The translations under genes and the position numbers were made by a program. Positions 61,511 through 64,000 of a DNA stretch of 64,000 nucleotides are shown here, in pieces (within the stretch, counting starts at the first letter, position 1; each line of letters starts with the position of its first letter). A model generated the notes under the pieces. That model ran no database searches. It was not told where the DNA came from and saw only the letters and a program-made list of their open reading frames with translations. Source of the stretch: Macrostomum lignano (taxonomy: Eukaryota); the NCBI GenBank assembly GCA_002269645.1, contig NIVC01000858.1:124001-188000 (forward strand), in the 5' to 3' direction.

Positions 61511-62767
61511 ATGCTGGCGCACTTTGCTCTGCTGATCCTGCTCCTGCAGCAGGCAGCTGCTGACAGCCTGTACGATCCGTACGGGCTCAACAAGGCCGAG
61601 ACTGAGCAGCAACCGTTGGCTCAGCCTGAGTCAGAGTCGCGGGCAGCTCAGGCTGCAGCCTACCGCACCTACTACCTCATTCTGGTGCGCCGGCTCCATC
61701 GGATTGTTTCTCGCCAGTTTGAGTCGCTGGATCCGCCAGACGATGCCAAAGTGCCGCTTGGCCTCGGCAGCGGCTGGACGCTCGATGGTGCCAGTCTGCG
61801 CCGTTTGAAGGCAGCTGCCGAACTTGACGAGCCCGGCGTTGAGCAACTGCAAGACGCGAACGAGCTGCTTCTGGCACTGTTTGGCAACCTGCAGCCTGCG
61901 AGTGAAGCCGGCAGCAGCCATCAATGGTGGCGCCTGTTTGACTCGGATTGGCTGGTGCTCGCAATTGTGGCATTCTGTGGGGTTGCGGCATTCTGCTGGA
62001 TTGTGTTGCGCCGTGTTAGCGCTTGGCAGCTGTTTGCCGCAATGTTTATCTCCAGCTGGGCGGTGAACTATATCCGGTTGTACCGGCTGGAGCTGGCTCA
62101 GCGACAGCATGCGGTGACCAGTCTCCATTGTCGGCCCGCGGGACAAACTCTGAGCATCTTTGAGTCCATCAGCCTGTGGTTCACCGGCACAATGCGCGTC
62201 GCTCCGCCCAAAAACGACTGCCTGAAGCAGTTAGAAGCGCTGGCAGTTGATCCCTTTTGGGATGTCAATCCGCTGGAGGCGGCAATCGACCTGCTAGGAA
62301 ACATCGTATTGAACCGTCTGGTGCAGCTGATGCAGGCGGTAAATCTGGGCTACCGACAACTGATTGAGGGCCTGCCAATCTGGCACTCTGTCGGCATCGC
62401 CTTCATCTTACTGTTCTTGCCCACGCTTTTCTTGCTGCTGCGCTCTGGCTACGTTCTCCGCCTTATGTACGGCCTCCTTCACGTGGGTCCGGACGCGAAC
62501 CGCTTGCACGCGGAGCGCCTGGACACTTTGGAGAGGGAGAATCGGCGCCTCCTCGAACTTGTCCACGCGGCGCCGCAGCCGACACCTGCTCGGGCGCTGC
62601 AGCGATCGGCGTCCATCGCCGTCAGCCAGCGGCAGCGTCCAGACGACCGGGGAGACGGCCCGGCAGCGGCGCCCGCAGTGTTGGCAAGGACGCCGCCGCT
62701 GCGGATGCGCGCATCGCGGTCGGAGTGCAACATCTCGGTGGCCGCGTCGGTCGGTGACGATCAATGA
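61511..62767 (+). CDS. CLCC1: CLCC1/MCLC-like ER membrane protein, single exon (418 aa)
   Basis: Signal peptide; DPYG; then ISSWAVNYIRLYRLELAQRQ, LWF...DCLKQLEALAVDPFWDVNPLEA and LIEGLP resembling recalled CLCC1 ([47 protein letters not shown]); three TM segments. Confidence 0.78.
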   Translation: MLAHFALLILLLQQAAADSLYDPYGLNKAETEQQPLAQPESESRAAQAAAYRTYYLILVRRLHRIVSRQFESLDPPDDAKVPLGLGSGWTLDGASLRRLKAAAELDEPGVEQLQDANELLLALFGNLQPASEAGSSHQWWRLFDSDWLVLAIVAFCGVAAFCWIVLRRVSAWQLFAAMFISSWAVNYIRLYRLELAQRQHAVTSLHCRPAGQTLSIFESISLWFTGTMRVAPPKNDCLKQLEALAVDPFWDVNPLEAAIDLLGNIVLNRLVQLMQAVNLGYRQLIEGLPIWHSVGIAFILLFLPTLFLLLRSGYVLRLMYGLLHVGPDANRLHAERLDTLERENRRLLELVHAAPQPTPARALQRSASIAVSQRQRPDDRGDGPAAAPAVLARTPPLRMRASRSECNISVAASVGDDQ

Positions 62768-63347
62768 CGGAGTTTCTCGGTGCCTTAGCCATTAGCTGTG
62801 GGATGTTCCCATGCACTCTCCGCTGCTTTTCTGAAGCTCAAGAATGGCTCACCTAACAGATATTGGTTTTTGAAAATCTGGAATCTTGAAGCTTCAGCTT
62901 AATTCCTCTATTCCTCTAAAGCTTGAGCTCAATTGTAGGCCAAGCAGTGATGCCCGATTGAGCCCTGAATTGGAGTTGTTTTTGAGTCTGTTCTGGTTCA
63001 TCCTGGCCTCGTTTTCGCACGCTCTTTAAGCGCCACTCTCATGAATCGCCCTCTGTGAAACCCGTGAATAATGATTACTCTATTTTCCTCTCGGCAGCAA
63101 ACTTGCTTCGAAATTCTATATATTTTATTATTGAGCTAAATACAGTTCACAGTTCGCTGCTGGCCTTATATTCCGAATTCGTATGTTTTTATCTTCCTGG
63201 CTATAATGTCCAATCACTTTTTGCCTTTCTGCTTTGAAAATCAAGTTAGTGACTGCAGTAAATTAGTTGCATTTTCTGGCTCTCACTCTAGCTGACAGGC
63301 CTTGCACTCAATGACTCTCGCAACCCGGCTTGTCCCGCTGCCGCCGC

Positions 63348-64000
63348 ATGGGCAAGCACAGAACTGACTCCCAGCAGCAGCAGGACGCTTCGCCTGACAG
63401 AGCCGCATCCAGTCGCAGCAGCAAGCGAAAGAAAGACAAGTCCAAAAAGAAGGAGAAGAAGTCCAAGAGCTCCAAGCGCGAGGGCCGGCGGGGCCGCAGC
63501 CCCTCCGAACGGAAGCGGCGCCACCGCCGTTCGTCCTCGAAGTCGGCATCCCCGGCGCCAGATTCGCTGAAGCGGCAGCAACGCAAGCGCGCCCGCAGCA
63601 GCAGCGACAGCCCCCTCGGCCAGCGTCACCGGGAAGGAAACTCGCGCGACCGGCCGCGGCCCGCCATGCCCAGCACCGGCCGCGGGAGCGGGCCCGATCG
63701 CCCAGCCTCGCCTCCCAGATCCCCCTGCCAGCTGGGCCGCCGCCCGCCCAGCAGCCGTCAACTGCTCAGGCGCCACCGCCGCCAACACCGCCACCGCCAC
63801 CGCCTCCCCCACCAGCGACATCGGCGTCCGTGACGGCAGCGGCGAGTCCCTTCGGTGCGCCTGCGCCTCAGCAATTTCAGCTGAATCCGTCGGCCGCTGA
63901 CTTTGTTCCGCAGCTTGCCGCCTTCAACAGCCCGCCGCCTCAGCAGGCCTTCCTGTCGCCACCTCCCGCCCGCTTCTGCGCTCCGGCTCTGTCAACGCCG
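63348..64000 (+). CDS. 5' part of an RS/Lys-rich and Pro-rich protein with a PAM2 motif; contains an apparent frame switch and runs off the window
   Basis: Frame from ATG 63348 gives KRKKDKSKKKEKKSKSSKR...RSPS and stops at 63833. The -1 frame is open from 63398 to the window end and gives poly-Pro and FQLNPSAADFVP (63875-63910). Confidence 0.55.

Overview
Eukaryotic (metazoan) genomic DNA with spliceosomal introns, GC3-rich exons and introns full of micro/minisatellites. The style suggests a free-living flatworm such as Macrostomum (inference only). No prokaryotic genes or CRISPR arrays. Genes reconstructed by hand: a divergent beta-tubulin; a 2-exon secreted neuropeptide-like precursor; MROH1/HEATR7A (12 coding exons, one GC-AG intron); MCCC1; tRNA-Arg(ACG); an MS4A/CD20-like 4TM gene; an intronless CLK/LAMMER kinase; a calmodulin-like gene; LIN52 and TOMM20 head-to-head; a 2-exon multi-zinc-finger gene; CLCC1; and the 5' part of an RS/Lys-rich, Pro-rich gene with a PAM2 motif. 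Mobile DNA: one apparently intact IR/DR-type Tc1 (DD34E) element and several hAT-type MITEs with 8-bp TSDs. Best leads: (1) sharply bounded CpG-depleted, AT-rich domains next to CpG-retaining promoters, containing a hAT MITE whose CpGs appear deaminated, which suggests promoter-proximal methylation; (2) the orphan peptide precursor; (3) an intron built from about 20 tandem copies of its own 3' splice junction; (4) a triplicated BED-like zinc finger with a WKxGKYG tail; (5) a LIN52 lacking the canonical pocket-protein motif; (6) a frame switch in the PAM2 gene. Coordinates and counts were made by eye.
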